34,146 nucleotides of DNA from a candidate division CPR2 bacterium GW2011_GWC2_39_10 (GTDB lineage Bacteria; Patescibacteriota; CPR2). How positions within the stretch are numbered: the stretch's first letter is position 1; every line of letters starts with the position of its first letter. The stretch lies in assembly GCA_000993275.1 (NCBI GenBank), contig LBVV01000012.1, forward strand, positions 1 through 34,146. Direction: 5' to 3'. The notes beneath the pieces are model-generated. The model was not told the origin of the DNA and did not search any database. It saw nothing but the letters and a program-made list of their open reading frames with translations. This document shows, piece after piece, positions 8,220 through 17,963 of this stretch. A program made the translations under genes and the position numbers.

Positions 8220-8702
8220 TTACCCCTTATTTTTTTCTTTAGTTGCTAATATTATAGCCTCTTTTTCTTCATCCGCTAAGTTGTATTTTGAATCACCGCC
8301 CGAGATTGGCTTTGCATAAATTCTATCGCCGTCACGACCATGAATGCTGGTTACAACAAAGCCATCATTTTCCGTATTTAAAAGTGTCAGGGAAAACGAC
8401 TGATCTCCTCCGGTGTCGTTAAAGGGATTAAATCTTAAAAGACCAAGTTTGTAAAAGCCGCTATTGGCAATTTTTGATGTCAACTTATGCCTTTTTTCAA
8501 GATCGGCATATTTTTTATTAATGCTATCCAACTCTTTTAATGTTTCGTTTAAGATAGTCACAACATCTCCGTTTTTAACTTCGGAAAAAAGCCTTTTGCT
8601 TCTCGAAACTATATTCTTAACCGTAATTTGAAGATAAGCAGTCCATGCGAGGAGCCCGAAAGTAATTGCTCCAAAAAATATTACCAAATTTGTTTCTGTC
8701 AT
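8220..8702 (-). CDS. DUF4446-like membrane-anchored protein
   Basis: N-terminal TM helix, then FNPFNDTGGDQSF...LLNTENDGFVVTSIHGR...RIYAKPI, which resembles DUF4446. Directly upstream of bactofilin with a 2-nt gap. Confidence 0.5.
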   Translation of the reverse strand: MTETNLVIFFGAITFGLLAWTAYLQITVKNIVSRSKRLFSEVKNGDVVTILNETLKELDSINKKYADLEKRHKLTSKIANSGFYKLGLLRFNPFNDTGGDQSFSLTLLNTENDGFVVTSIHGRDGDRIYAKPISGGDSKYNLADEEKEAIILATKEKNKG

Positions 8703-8785
8703 AGTATTATTATATATACCCTAAATTGCGCTGTAAAGAAACTAAATGATAATGTATAATACCAAAAAATAAAGGAGTATAAGAA

Positions 8786-9064
8786 ATGGCAAAGAAGAAA
8801 AAAACAAAGAAGTACCATTTAGACCATTTAATAAAAAAAATTGAGACTAAACCTCAAAAAGCAAAATCGGAAGAAAGTAAGTTTAAAAAAGAGATTACTC
8901 CTGAAATTAAAAAACAGTCAGACGATCAGATTTATTTTAAAAAAGATTTAAAAAAAGTGATTATTGTCGGTAGCTCGTTTGTATTACTTATTGTTGCCCT
9001 AGATTTGATAATAAACTACACTCATCTTTTAGATCCGGTGCTTAAATTATTTAAAATTAAATAA
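8786..9064 (+). CDS. Hypothetical small lysine-rich protein with C-terminal TM helix
   Basis: Extended -10 TGTATAAT at ~8750 and AAAGGAG before the ATG. No recognisable family. Confidence 0.45.
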   Translation: MAKKKKTKKYHLDHLIKKIETKPQKAKSEESKFKKEITPEIKKQSDDQIYFKKDLKKVIIVGSSFVLLIVALDLIINYTHLLDPVLKLFKIK

Positions 9065-9160
9065 TTTAGGAAACAGTAACCAGTAACCAGGAAGCAAAGA
9101 AATAGTATTGTCCCGATGTGTCTATTCAGCACACACCGGGTGTGTGCAGTACATAATTTA

Positions 9161-9283
9161 GAATTAAGAATAACGAATTATGAATCAGGTATAGAAATGA
9201 TGAATACAGAATAAAGAAAGAAAAAACTAAATTCTAAATTCAAGATTTCCATTCTTGGAATTTTATACGAGATTATTTATTCT
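9161..9283. repeat. AT-rich dispersed repeat, copy A (~120 bp)
   Basis: About 80% identical to 13863-13969: gaattaagaataa(c/t)gaattatgaat...gaataaa(g)aaagaaaa...attctaa...cattcttgg...tttatac...tttattct. Confidence 0.6.
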
Positions 9284-9299
9284 TCTTTTTTAACTGGCG

Positions 9300-10490
9300 C
9301 TATTCATAACGTAGGGCTTCTAACGGATTTAGCCTTGATGCTCTTCTGGCCGGCCAAATTCCGGCGAAGGTGGAAACTAAGAAGGCGAAAACTACCACGC
9401 CAATTGCAAAAATTGGCGGCGTGTAAAACAAGTGTCCGGGTATCTGGTCTGCCGGACCGGCTTTAGAAGCCAAATAATTTATAATAACCTCAAGCAACCG
9501 GCCGATTCCCCATCCAATGGTGATTCCAAAAGTTCCGCCCATTAGCCCAATTGTTGCGGCTTCGGCGGTGAAGATTCTGGAGCAATCTTTATCCCTGCCG
9601 CCAATAGCCTTCATAACGCCTATTTCGTGAGTCCTTTCTAGAAGTGAAATAGTCATGGTGTTGAAGATGCCAATTGCGGCAACAAATAAGGCTACCATGC
9701 CAAATGCGCCTAGAATTCCGTTTATAATTGCAAAAGCTAGGTTTATGGCCGATAGCTGATTTTTAATGACGCTGGTTGAAAAACCCATGGATTCAATTAT
9801 TTTTTTGACTTCCGGTAATTGTTCCTGAGTTTTAACTTTAATTTTAATATTGTAGTAATTGCTATTCATATCGGCAAAGACCTTGAAAGGCGAGTAGCCG
9901 ATTTTGCCCGGAGACTCGTCATTTAAAACATCTACCACTTTTAGCTCTACGTCCATTGTTTTTGTCGAATCGTCTTGGCCAATGCCGGTAATGTTGAATT
10001 TAAAAGACTTGCCAATTATAGTATTTTGATCCTCTTTAAGGTCGTCGACCAATTTTTTATTAACAATAATTTCCTTGGCCGATTCATCAGTAAATTGTTT
10101 GCCGTTCTTAGTTTTTAAATCATAAACCTCAAAATGGCTGGGCTCAATGGCATATATGGCCGGCGCCAAACCTTCGTATCCATCAATAGAAGCGGAAAAA
10201 TAATAACTCGGAGTAACAACATCCACGTTGGGGATATCCTGTAATTTTTTCACCAAAGTGGCATTAAGATTTTTAGATTCCTCTTTATTTTTACTATTTA
10301 AAGTAATCACCTTCAAAGCTTCAAGGTTGGTGGTTTTTCTAATTACCAGTTTCTGGAGACCAAAACCTAAAGTAACTAAAAAGACGATTGTTGATATGCC
10401 AACTACAACACCGGAAACAGTAAGAAAGGTTCTTAGCTTGTTGCGCATCAAGTTTCCTATGGCAATTCTTAATACGTCGATGATCTTCAA
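9300..10490 (-). CDS. ABC transporter permease, FtsX/MacB-LolE type
   Basis: N-terminal TM helix, large periplasmic domain and three C-terminal TM helices typical of the FtsX family. 4-nt overlap with the upstream ATPase gene. Confidence 0.8.
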   Translation of the reverse strand: MKIIDVLRIAIGNLMRNKLRTFLTVSGVVVGISTIVFLVTLGFGLQKLVIRKTTNLEALKVITLNSKNKEESKNLNATLVKKLQDIPNVDVVTPSYYFSASIDGYEGLAPAIYAIEPSHFEVYDLKTKNGKQFTDESAKEIIVNKKLVDDLKEDQNTIIGKSFKFNITGIGQDDSTKTMDVELKVVDVLNDESPGKIGYSPFKVFADMNSNYYNIKIKVKTQEQLPEVKKIIESMGFSTSVIKNQLSAINLAFAIINGILGAFGMVALFVAAIGIFNTMTISLLERTHEIGVMKAIGGRDKDCSRIFTAEAATIGLMGGTFGITIGWGIGRLLEVIINYLASKAGPADQIPGHLFYTPPIFAIGVVVFAFLVSTFAGIWPARRASRLNPLEALRYE

Positions 10491-11371
10491 TTTTTTACCT
10501 CTGCTTCTTCTTCTTTATTTTCGGTTTCTTTGGGGGTGGCTGGCGCTGTTTCCGGCTTTTCGGCAGGTGGTTCTTCTAGGGCCTCGCTTTTTGATTCATC
10601 TTTCGACTCATTATCTAGAGAAAAACTATCCGCTTTTGAGGCAGAAGATTTGCCTTTTTCGTTAAAAGTTACGGCGTGGGCGTTTGCTTCCACTTTTATA
10701 ACTTTACCGTCCTGCATCCAAAAAACCCTGTCCGCAAATTGAAGGTAATCCGGGTTGTGAGTGATTAAAATAACCGTCCTTTTGGATTTTCTATTTAGAG
10801 AAACCAAGAGCCGCATAACATCATCGGCTGATTTAGAATCCAAATTACCGGTTGGCTCGTCAGCAAGCATTATCCACGGGTTGGCAACAAGTGAACGGGC
10901 AATGGCAATTCTTTGCTGCTGACCACCTGAGAGTTGATTTGGCGCCCTGTTTTTGTATTTGCTCATCCCAACAATTTCCAGTAAATTTTCCGCTCTTTTT
11001 ATTCTTCTTCCTTTGCTGATTCTTGCAAAAGCAAGCGGAAGTGAAATATTTTCTACCACGTTCATGGTTTGAATTAAATTAAAAGCCTGAAAGACCATAC
11101 CTATTTTGGTTCTTCGATGCTGTGCCAATTCATTAGAATCAAGTTTGGCTAGATCTTCGCCGCGGATTAAAATGCTGCCGGTAGATGGCGGCTGCAGTCC
11201 GGCGATCATGCTCATTAATGTTGACTTGCCGCAACCGGATACCCCAAAAAAGACAATAAATTCACCGGAATATATTTCCAGGCTAACTGATTGCAAGGCC
11301 TGTACTTCAATATCTCCAAGCATAAATTTCTTGGATAAATTATTTATTTTTATGACGGGTGCCTTGGCCAT
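10487..11371 (-). CDS. ABC transporter ATP-binding protein (MacB/LolD-like) with acidic/Pro-rich C-terminal tail
   Basis: Walker A GVSGCGKST, signature LSGGQQQRIAIARSL, Walker B IMLADEPTGNLD. ~60-aa low-complexity tail. Confidence 0.85.
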   Translation of the reverse strand: MAKAPVIKINNLSKKFMLGDIEVQALQSVSLEIYSGEFIVFFGVSGCGKSTLMSMIAGLQPPSTGSILIRGEDLAKLDSNELAQHRRTKIGMVFQAFNLIQTMNVVENISLPLAFARISKGRRIKRAENLLEIVGMSKYKNRAPNQLSGGQQQRIAIARSLVANPWIMLADEPTGNLDSKSADDVMRLLVSLNRKSKRTVILITHNPDYLQFADRVFWMQDGKVIKVEANAHAVTFNEKGKSSASKADSFSLDNESKDESKSEALEEPPAEKPETAPATPKETENKEEEAEVKN

Positions 11372-11399
11372 TAAAAGAAATACCCTCCCTTAATAATTA

Positions 11400-12935
11400 T
11401 TATAAGTGAGAATGGGTTTGAGTGAAAGAGTTTTTCTGTCGATATTGGAGAGCTTCTAAAACATGTTCCTCTCTTATGTTCTCGCTATTTTCTAAATCGG
11501 CTATAGTCCTTGAAATTTTTATGATTCGATGATAAGCCCTGGCCGAAAGCGCCATTTTTTCGGCAGCCATTTTTAAGGTTTCCTGAATCTTTTTGTCCAG
11601 CACGCAATAGGTTTTTAAATCTTCGTTTGTCATTTCGGAGTTTGTCAAAATATTTTGGCTGGCAAATCGTTTAAACTGAATTTCCCTTGCGAAAGATACC
11701 CTTTCCCTTACGATTTCAGAACTTTCTCCTTCTTTTAGACTTTGCATTTCTTCAATATTAATTCTGGGAACTTCTAAATGAAGATCAATCCTGTCTAAAA
11801 GGGGTCCTGAAATTTTGCTTTGATACTTAATTATGGCCGATTGGGCACAGCGGCATTCTTTCTTGGAGTCGCCGAGATTTCCGCAAGGGCAGGGATTAGT
11901 TGAGGCGACCAGAATAAATTTTGCCGGATATTTAATGGATCCTTGAGCCCTCGAAATTACAATGCTGCCTTCTTCCAGGGGTTGTCTTAAAACTTCCAAA
12001 ACGGTTCGCGGGAATTCGGCTAGCTCGTCTAAAAACAAAACACCTCTATGGGACATCGATATTTCTCCGGGCTTCGGATTTTTACCTCCGCCGATAAGAG
12101 AGATATTTGACGCTGTGTGGTGCGGAGACCTAAAGGGTCTAGTCTTTTTTAAGCCTTCGTTTTCTTCAAGTGTTCCGGCAACCGAATAGATTTTGGTTAT
12201 TTCAATTGCTTCAGAGAGGCTAAGTTCGGGTAAAATGCCCGGCAAACTTTTAGCCAGCATAGTTTTTCCCGACCCCGGAGGTCCAAAAAACAAAATATTA
12301 TGACCACCGGCGGCGGCAATTTCCAAGGCTCTTTTGGCATGAAGTTGACCCTTAATTGCCGAGATATCCAGATAATGGTTTTCTGTATGGCCGGAAAAAG
12401 GTTCGATTCTTTCCGGAATTAGCCTTTTTTCGTTATTTAAGTGGAAAATTAAATCTTTAAAATTTGAGAGGCCAAAAGTTTTCAGGTTGTTTTCCGGTAT
12501 TTCTTTAACATTAGAGGACGGCACATAAACTTCGCTAACTTTTAGTTTCTCAGCTTCTAAAATGATCGGCAAAATTCCGTTAGTATGCCTTAGGCTGCCA
12601 TCTAAAGAAAGTTCACCGAGAGCCAGAATTTCATTAAAATTTGCCTTAACTTGTACGGAAGCGGCCATAATTCCAAGGGCAATTGGCAAATCATAGGCCG
12701 GTCCTTCTTTGGGAATGTCCGCCGGGGCCAAATTAACGGTTATTCGGTTTTGAGGAAAGCGAAAACCGCTGTTTTTAATGGCTGCCCTTACCCTTTCCTT
12801 AGCTTCTTCAACCGCTTTGTCCGGCAGTCCAACAATAATAAATGCAGGCAAACCATCGGAAAGATCAACTTCAATTTGCATTTTAATTATTTTAAGCCCC
12901 CATGTGGTTGCTGATTTTATCTTTGCTAAGGCCAT
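11400..12935 (-). CDS. comM: YifB/ComM family Mg-chelatase-like AAA+ ATPase
   Basis: N-terminal MALAKIKS...VDLSDGLPAFIIVGLPD, Walker A GPPGSGKT and a C-terminal ChlI domain. Start moved to ATG 12935. The upstream 70 codons of the track ORF have no homology and cover a TGTATAAT -10 box. Confidence 0.75.
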   Translation of the reverse strand: MALAKIKSATTWGLKIIKMQIEVDLSDGLPAFIIVGLPDKAVEEAKERVRAAIKNSGFRFPQNRITVNLAPADIPKEGPAYDLPIALGIMAASVQVKANFNEILALGELSLDGSLRHTNGILPIILEAEKLKVSEVYVPSSNVKEIPENNLKTFGLSNFKDLIFHLNNEKRLIPERIEPFSGHTENHYLDISAIKGQLHAKRALEIAAAGGHNILFFGPPGSGKTMLAKSLPGILPELSLSEAIEITKIYSVAGTLEENEGLKKTRPFRSPHHTASNISLIGGGKNPKPGEISMSHRGVLFLDELAEFPRTVLEVLRQPLEEGSIVISRAQGSIKYPAKFILVASTNPCPCGNLGDSKKECRCAQSAIIKYQSKISGPLLDRIDLHLEVPRINIEEMQSLKEGESSEIVRERVSFAREIQFKRFASQNILTNSEMTNEDLKTYCVLDKKIQETLKMAAEKMALSARAYHRIIKISRTIADLENSENIREEHVLEALQYRQKNSFTQTHSHL

Positions 12936-13225
12936 ATACAAATTATACACGGAAAAAGGTACAATCTTCAAGACAATTGACGGTTGCCAAAAAAAGACTT
13001 GTGTGATATCATTTAGTATCCTCTTGCCAATAACAAAGGGCACATTTGGGTAAGTAGGTAAAATTAAACAGGACTTACGCAAAATAGCGCATCTATCCAA
13101 GCCAGAACCAAGTGAGATAAAATCTCTTTTCTCTACTGGAAGCATATCCGTAGATACGCTGACAGGAGAAAAAGGGATTTTAGCCGCTTGGTTTGGTTTG
13201 GGAAAGAAAGAGGGCGAAAGGGAAT

Positions 13226-13849
13226 ATGGCCAGAATTTGGGTTCCCAGCCTTTTTAAAAGCCTAACAACCAAATACCTGCACAGCTTGAATTGGCAAAAA
13301 ATAACTCGAAACTTTCTTAAGCTTGTTTTGATTTATTTGCTTTTGGAACCTATTTTGATACCCACCTTAGTTAGCCTTGAGGCTAATTCCAATTCAAAAA
13401 ATAAACCGAAAATAGTTAAGCGGATTTTATCAGCTTATACAATAAAATCTCAGTATGCCGAAGCGAATATTCAGAATGCCTCCTATTTACCTTCCAGCGG
13501 TTATGCCTGGCCCGTGAGGGGAGGGTTAACCCAGTATTTCCACTACGGACATCCGGGGCTCGATATTGCGCTGCCTTCAGGCAACCCTTGTGTTGCTTCA
13601 AAAAGTGGCATTGTCGAATATGCAGGATGGAGTAAAGGTTACGGAAATAATGTTGTTTTGTCCCATCCCGATGGTTCAAAAACCAGATACGCGCATTTTT
13701 CGGTAATTTTGGTTAAAACCGGACAAGGAGTTACCCAGGGTCAAGCAGTTGGTAAAGTTGGCAGTACGGGTTGGAGCACCGGCCCCCATGTTCATTTTGA
13801 AATTTACGAAAAAGGAATAGCAGTTAATCCTTTAGCAAGGCTAAAGTAA
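13226..13849 (+). CDS. M23 family peptidase (LytM-like), membrane-anchored
   Basis: HYGHPGLDIA and GPHVHFEI zinc-binding motifs, N-terminal TM segment. ATG 13226 preferred over the TTG at 13193. Confidence 0.75.
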   Translation: MARIWVPSLFKSLTTKYLHSLNWQKITRNFLKLVLIYLLLEPILIPTLVSLEANSNSKNKPKIVKRILSAYTIKSQYAEANIQNASYLPSSGYAWPVRGGLTQYFHYGHPGLDIALPSGNPCVASKSGIVEYAGWSKGYGNNVVLSHPDGSKTRYAHFSVILVKTGQGVTQGQAVGKVGSTGWSTGPHVHFEIYEKGIAVNPLARLK

Positions 13850-13862
13850 GACAGAATTAAGA

Positions 13863-13969
13863 ATAATGAATTATGAATTAAGTATGTCAATGTAGAATAA
13901 AAGAAAGAAAACTATATTCTAATATTCCATATTCCCATTCTTGGGGCTTTATACTAAATTCTTTATTCT
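13863..13969. repeat. AT-rich dispersed repeat, copy B
   Basis: Homologous to 9161-9283. Confidence 0.6.
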
Positions 13970-13997
13970 GTATTAGTTCTGTGCTAGAATAATCGGC

Positions 13998-15266
13998 ATG
14001 AAATATTTTATTTTAGTTTTGGGCTGCCAAATGAATAATTCTGATGCTCTGAGAATAGAGACGGTTCTAAACGGCTTGAGATATGAAAAAACGGGGAAAG
14101 AAAAAGATGCTGATTTGATTGTGGCAGTTGCTTGCTCCGTTCGGCAATCCGCCATTGACCGAATTTACGGCAAGGTTAGAAATTGGCAAAAGGAAAAAAA
14201 TAAAAGAAAGCTTGTAACGGTTTTAACCGGATGCGTACTTCCGGCAGACAAGAAAAAATTTTCCAAAGTTTTTGATTTGGTTTTTAATATCGAAAACCTG
14301 CCATTGCTTTCTAAAATGCTTAATAATTTAGAAGAAGCAAATGTTAAGGAAAGAGGGGAGTATTTAAAGCTAAAATCCATGCATAGCTCCGGCTTCCAAT
14401 CTCTTGTTCCTATAATGACGGGATGTAATAATTTTTGTGCTTACTGCGCCGTTCCTTTTACCCGTGGCCGGGAATATTCAAGACCGATTGAAGATATTAT
14501 TTCAGAAGTAAAAGAACTTGTAGAAAATGGCTGCAAAGAAATAACCTTGCTTGGCCAAAACGTTAATTCTTACGGAAATGATAAAAAAGATTTGCCGAAT
14601 TTTGCCGAACTTTTATCGAAAATCAATGATGTTCCGGGCGATTTTTGGATTAGATATATTACTTCGCATCCCAAGGATATGTCCGATGAACTGATCAAAA
14701 AATTTGTTCAGTGTTCAAAGGTTTGCGGATATTTGCATCTCCCATTGCAAGCGGGAAGCGACCAAGTCCTAAAAAACATGAATCGTAATTATACGTATGA
14801 GCATTATAAAGATTTGATAGAAAAAGTAAGAGCTGAAAAGTTGGATATTGCTATTTCAACCGATATCATCGTGGGCTTTCCGGGGGAGACAATTGAACAA
14901 TTTGAGGATTCGATGAAAGCTTTTGGGGAAATTAAATATGACATGGCTTACATCGCTCAGTATTCTCCGCGCTCCGGCACTAAGGCCGCTACTTTTGACG
15001 ACAATGTAGATAAAAAAGAAAAGAAACGCAGACTAAAGGTCCTTACCAAAATTTTAGCGGGTACCGCATTGGAAAAAAATAAAAAATATGTCGGTAAAAC
15101 GGAAAAAGTTTTGGCGGAAAAATTTGAGAAAGGGTTATTATTCGGTCATACCGATTCTTTCAAATTGGTTGCAATCTCCGGAGGAAGTAAGAATTATGTC
15201 GGCCAGTTTGTTATGGTAAAAATTATATCTGCAAACCCCTGGGCGCTAGAAGGAAAATGTCTATGA
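13998..15266 (+). CDS. miaB: tRNA-i6A37 methylthiotransferase (radical SAM MTTase, MiaB)
   Basis: N-terminal LGCQMN, radical-SAM CNNFCAYC and a C-terminal TRAM region. Adjacent to miaA. Confidence 0.8.
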   Translation: MKYFILVLGCQMNNSDALRIETVLNGLRYEKTGKEKDADLIVAVACSVRQSAIDRIYGKVRNWQKEKNKRKLVTVLTGCVLPADKKKFSKVFDLVFNIENLPLLSKMLNNLEEANVKERGEYLKLKSMHSSGFQSLVPIMTGCNNFCAYCAVPFTRGREYSRPIEDIISEVKELVENGCKEITLLGQNVNSYGNDKKDLPNFAELLSKINDVPGDFWIRYITSHPKDMSDELIKKFVQCSKVCGYLHLPLQAGSDQVLKNMNRNYTYEHYKDLIEKVRAEKLDIAISTDIIVGFPGETIEQFEDSMKAFGEIKYDMAYIAQYSPRSGTKAATFDDNVDKKEKKRRLKVLTKILAGTALEKNKKYVGKTEKVLAEKFEKGLLFGHTDSFKLVAISGGSKNYVGQFVMVKIISANPWALEGKCL

Positions 15267-15332
15267 TAATGTCAAATTTCAAATATCAAATGCCAAATAA
15301 AATTCAAATGCTAAAAATCCTAAATACTAAGC

Positions 15333-15366
15333 ACCTGTCTCGACTGGCGTCTTGCCAAGGCGGACC
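15333..15366. repeat. GC-rich hairpin repeat, copy 2 (degenerate)
   Basis: acctgtctcgactggcgtcttgccaaggcggacc shares the CCTGTCTCG and CCAAGGCGG halves with 6311-6343 and 33735-33787. Confidence 0.45.
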
Positions 15367-15551
15367 AAATTCTAAACAAATAATAATATCAAATGTTCTA
15401 AACGTTTTAATAACTGAGATTCTTGACCCATCGGGTCATCAACCGAAGGTTGAGAAATTGTTTAGTATTTAGGTATTAGGATTTATAATTTTAAGTAGTT
15501 TATCATTTTTTTGTCTATTAATTAATTCGTAAAAAACGTTAAAATATAATC

Positions 15552-16445
15552 ATGGAGAAACCTATGATTGTCATTATTGGTCCTACGGCGAGCGGAAAAA
15601 CTTCGCTTTCTATTAATCTTGCCAAGAAATTTAATGGCGAGATTGTTAACGCGGATTCTCAAAACGTTTATCGGGAAATGGACATTGGTACGGCTAAACC
15701 GAGTATTGAGGAACAACAGGAAGTGCCGCATCACATGTTAGATATTGTGGACCCGGATCAGGAATTTAATGTTGCGATTTATAAAAAAATGGCTAAGGAG
15801 GCTATTGGTAAAATTCAAGAAGCGGGAAAAATACCTTTTTTGGTTGGTGGAACCGGACTTTATATTGACGCCTTAATTTATAACTATCATATTCCGGAAG
15901 TAAAACCGGATAACAAATTAAGGGCTGAACTTTCTTTAAAGGATAACGATGAGTTGGCGGCAATTTTGGATGAGTTAGACCCGGAGGCGGCCGGCACCAT
16001 TGATCCTAATAACCGTAGGCGGGTAATTAGAGCAATAGAAATTATTAAAGGCTCCGGTAAGCCACTTTCGGCCATGCGGTCAATGGAAGGCAAGCCGGAA
16101 AATGTTTTAATGTTGGGGACGGCTTTTTATGAAAAAGAAGAGCTTTACGAGAGAATAAACTTGAGGGTAGATCAGATGTTTGAGGAGGGTTTTTTGGAGG
16201 AATTTAAAGAACTTGCCGATAGCTATCCTTGGGATATTCCGGGTTTTAATGCCTTGGGATATCGTCAACTTGCCTTATATTTCAAAAAAGAGATTGATTT
16301 GTCTATGACAATGGAGACAATCAAAAAAGAAACCAGAAATTACGCCAAACGCCAGATGACATGGTTTAAGAGGAACAAGGATATTGTTTGGGTGAGAGAC
16401 GAATTTCAAGCTTTCGATATAGTTGAGAAATTTATTGCTCAATAG
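15552..16445 (+). CDS. miaA: tRNA dimethylallyltransferase
   Basis: IVIIGPTASGKTSLSINLAKKFNGEIVNADSQNVYREMDIGTAKP is the canonical MiaA N-terminus. Confidence 0.85.
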   Translation: MEKPMIVIIGPTASGKTSLSINLAKKFNGEIVNADSQNVYREMDIGTAKPSIEEQQEVPHHMLDIVDPDQEFNVAIYKKMAKEAIGKIQEAGKIPFLVGGTGLYIDALIYNYHIPEVKPDNKLRAELSLKDNDELAAILDELDPEAAGTIDPNNRRRVIRAIEIIKGSGKPLSAMRSMEGKPENVLMLGTAFYEKEELYERINLRVDQMFEEGFLEEFKELADSYPWDIPGFNALGYRQLALYFKKEIDLSMTMETIKKETRNYAKRQMTWFKRNKDIVWVRDEFQAFDIVEKFIAQ

Positions 16446-16577
16446 TCTTTAATTCAAAAATCAAATCTCAAAAGTCAAAATGATAAATTAAAAGTCAAAA
16501 TTTTTTAATTATTAATTATCATTATGATCTTTGATTTTTGCATTTTGATTTGGTCTATTTTGAGTTAAAATAGAACC

Positions 16578-17963
16578 ATGAGATTATTTATTGCTCTTTG
16601 GGTTGGCAAATTTTTGTTGTTTTTGACCAGGAAAACCAAAAAGGGTGGCGGAACGGCATTGCCCGGGCTTATTGCCTTAAAAATTGATCCCAGGCTGGTT
16701 AAAAAAATTACTGCCAAGCTGCAAACGGGGTCTATTCTTGTAACCGGCACTAACGGCAAAACGACAACATCTAAATATATATTCGAGATTTTAAGGCAAT
16801 CGGGCTTTAAGGTCATTTCCAACCGATCAGGCTCAAACTTAATGCGTGGTGTGGCCTCAACCCTAATTGAGAAATCAACTATTTTTGGAAGGCCAAGAGG
16901 CAACATTGGTCTTTTTGAAATTGATGAAGCTGCCATGCCCGATGCCACTAAATTCTTAAATCCAAAAATTGTTATCGTTAACAATCTATTTAGGGATCAA
17001 TTAGACAGATATGGAGAGTTAGATAAAACGGCGTCACTCATTGCCGATTCCGTTAAAGACTTAAAAAACATAACACTGCTCTTAAATGCAGACGATCCGT
17101 TAGTCGCTTCACTTGGAAAGAATGTTGGTTCTTTAACTACGGTCTTGTATTTTGGACTTGAAGAAGATAACTACAATGCATCTTCTTTGGCTTCTTTCGA
17201 TTCCAAAGACTGTCTATTTTGCGGTCAGGAGCTTGTATTCGACAAAAGATATTACGGCCATCTTGGTATCTACCATTGTTCCAATTGTAAATTTGCTCGT
17301 CCGGAGCCGGATTTTGTAGCTTCGGGAATAGAAATTAAAGGTGTAAGGTCAGCGAGGGCAAATTTTTCCCACGCGAACGACATTCTTGCAGCCCAATTGA
17401 AGTTATCGGGGATGTATAATATTTATAACGCTCTCTCGGCATATGCGGCAGCCAAAGTGTTAGACATTGACAACAATACTATCCGGCAAGCCTTGGAAGT
17501 GGTTGCGGCGGCATTTGGCCGAATGGAAAGAATTGAAGTTGACGGCAAAGAGGTATACATAATGCTTATAAAAAACCCAATTGGGTTTACTCAAGTTATG
17601 GAAACATTATCAACCGATCCGGCAGTAAAGAATTATTTTATTGCCCTAAACGACAATTTTGCAGACGGTACCGATATTTCCTGGATTTGGGACGCGGATT
17701 TGGAGTCATTATCCAAGGATTTTAAATTTATTGTCAGTTCCGGCATTCGGGCAGAGGATATGACTTTAAGACTTAAATATACCGATCTTGACATCAAAAA
17801 AATTGATACTATTAATAATATTACCGAAGCATTTGAAAAGGCTTTATCTTTAACCGGAAATAACGAAACTTTATACGTGATGCCCACATATACGGCTATG
17901 TTTACGCTTCGAAACTACTTAAAAGACAAAGGCGTGGTAATGGATTTTTGGGAGGAACAATGA
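16578..17963 (+). CDS. murT: Lipid II isoglutaminyl synthase, Mur-ligase-like subunit MurT
   Basis: Mur ligase P-loop TGTNGKTTT and a C4 zinc ribbon CLFCGQ...CSNCKF characteristic of MurT. Followed by gatD with an ATGA overlap. Confidence 0.75.
   Translation: MRLFIALWVGKFLLFLTRKTKKGGGTALPGLIALKIDPRLVKKITAKLQTGSILVTGTNGKTTTSKYIFEILRQSGFKVISNRSGSNLMRGVASTLIEKSTIFGRPRGNIGLFEIDEAAMPDATKFLNPKIVIVNNLFRDQLDRYGELDKTASLIADSVKDLKNITLLLNADDPLVASLGKNVGSLTTVLYFGLEEDNYNASSLASFDSKDCLFCGQELVFDKRYYGHLGIYHCSNCKFARPEPDFVASGIEIKGVRSARANFSHANDILAAQLKLSGMYNIYNALSAYAAAKVLDIDNNTIRQALEVVAAAFGRMERIEVDGKEVYIMLIKNPIGFTQVMETLSTDPAVKNYFIALNDNFADGTDISWIWDADLESLSKDFKFIVSSGIRAEDMTLRLKYTDLDIKKIDTINNITEAFEKALSLTGNNETLYVMPTYTAMFTLRNYLKDKGVVMDFWEEQ

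Noticed and set aside
7742-8242. 166-aa ORF on + strand
   Set aside because: It is entirely antisense to the well-supported bactofilin gene. It is a low-complexity S/P/L-rich translation with no start context.
10228-10742. 145-aa and 70-aa + strand ORFs
   Set aside because: They are antisense to the ABC permease and ATPase genes.
12936-13145. N-terminal 70-codon extension of comM in the track ORF
   Set aside because: ComM homology begins at the internal Met (MALAKIKS). The extension covers promoter-like sequence of the divergent intergenic region.
12940-13225. Possible c-di-AMP (ydaO-type) riboswitch upstream of the M23 peptidase
   Set aside because: The long leader and the cell-wall hydrolase context are suggestive. 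I could not identify the conserved ydaO helices or ACGG/CCGA motifs, so it is unsupported without cmsearch.
15257-15472. 71-aa ORF between miaB and miaA
   Set aside because: It covers the repeat-laden spacer (TCAAAT phased repeats, the GC hairpin and the gacccatcgggtc palindrome). It has no Shine-Dalgarno and its composition is implausible.
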